From contig NC_042999.1 in NCBI RefSeq assembly GCF_006345805.1, forward strand, positions 91,760,001 to 91,824,000: a stretch of DNA of 64,000 bases, read 5' to 3'. This DNA is from Octopus sinensis (Eukaryota). A program made the translations under genes and the position numbers. Below, piece by piece: positions 63,331-64,000 of the stretch. The notes beneath the pieces were generated by a model. It was not told the origin of the DNA. It ran no database searches and worked only from the letters and a program-made list of their open reading frames with translations. The first letter of the stretch is position 1. Each line of letters begins with the position of its first letter.

Positions 63331-63766
63331 CGTGGACATATCGGGGACCTCTCTGAGGAGGAGAGTAACTGTATTAAACGGTTCTGACGTATGTAGTTAA
63401 ACTTGTGTACCATATTTCTTGTTTTTTTTTTCTCAAATACTATGGGAACCGCCAACGTGAATATTTTATTTTAATCGTGTCAGCTTTTCAATTCAAACGG
63501 GTGACTAATGTCATTTCTTTTTATTTGTTTCAGTTTCTAAGGATATCGTCAGTAGAAGCTTAATCCCACGGAAATGTTAATGATGGAGATATATCATTTT
63601 CTCTTATAACTCTTTCTTCTTTAGTCCTTTTCTTCTTACTTTTTTCCCAAGCTCTAAATATGCTTCCATTCACTTAAATGTTATTTGTCACGTGGGTGGC
63701 GACTGTCTCAGAGTTATTTCCTTTTAATCGAGTCTATTTAAAATGATAAAATAAATTCTTCGTCTC

Positions 63767-63900
63767 CTTCTTCTTCTTCTTCTTCTTCTTCTTCTTCTTC
63801 TTCTTCTTCTTCTTCTTCTTCTTCTTCTTCTTCTTCTTCTTCTTCTTCTTCTTCTTCTCTCCTCCTCCTCCTCCTCCTCCTTCTTCTCTTCTTCCTCCTC
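63767..63900. repeat. (CTT)n/(CCT)n microsatellite
   Basis: Direct reading; source of the poly-R/E ORF 63724-63993. Confidence 0.95.
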
Positions 63901-64000
63901 CTCTGCCACCTTCGCTGCCTTCGTCACTGTTACATCATCACTGACATTATCCTTGTTGTCTTTGTCATCATCTGCTAGTATCTTAATTTTCATCTACTTA

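Noticed and set aside
63724-63993. 89-aa acidic/poly-Arg ORF
   Set aside because: Translation of the (CTT)n/(CCT)n microsatellite.

Overview
Very AT-rich eukaryotic genomic DNA saturated with microsatellites and decayed transposons. The repeat families and compound (TA/CA/TATG/GATA/AAT)n tracts suggest an octopus or other coleoid cephalopod genome (inference, not database-checked). I could not support any intact protein-coding, rRNA, tRNA or CRISPR feature; most ORFs in the track are translations of microsatellites. Supported content: at least three tRNA-derived SINE families (>25 copies); a ~550-bp (AAT)n-flanked repeat (3 copies); R4/Dong-like non-LTR remnants with RT and restriction-like endonuclease motifs; CR1/L2-like LINE remnants; Penelope-like elements (one clear GIY-YIG C-terminus, many terminal-repeat fragments); a mariner and a DD37D/maT transposase pseudogene; and a non-autonomous Helitron. 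The most notable signals are not standard features: (i) short segments copied exactly from 1.5-3.3 kb upstream into other repeats (local templated insertions), (ii) two near-perfect fold-back hairpins replacing transposon ends, (iii) hammerhead ribozyme-like motifs, and (iv) tandem and inverted transposon architectures.
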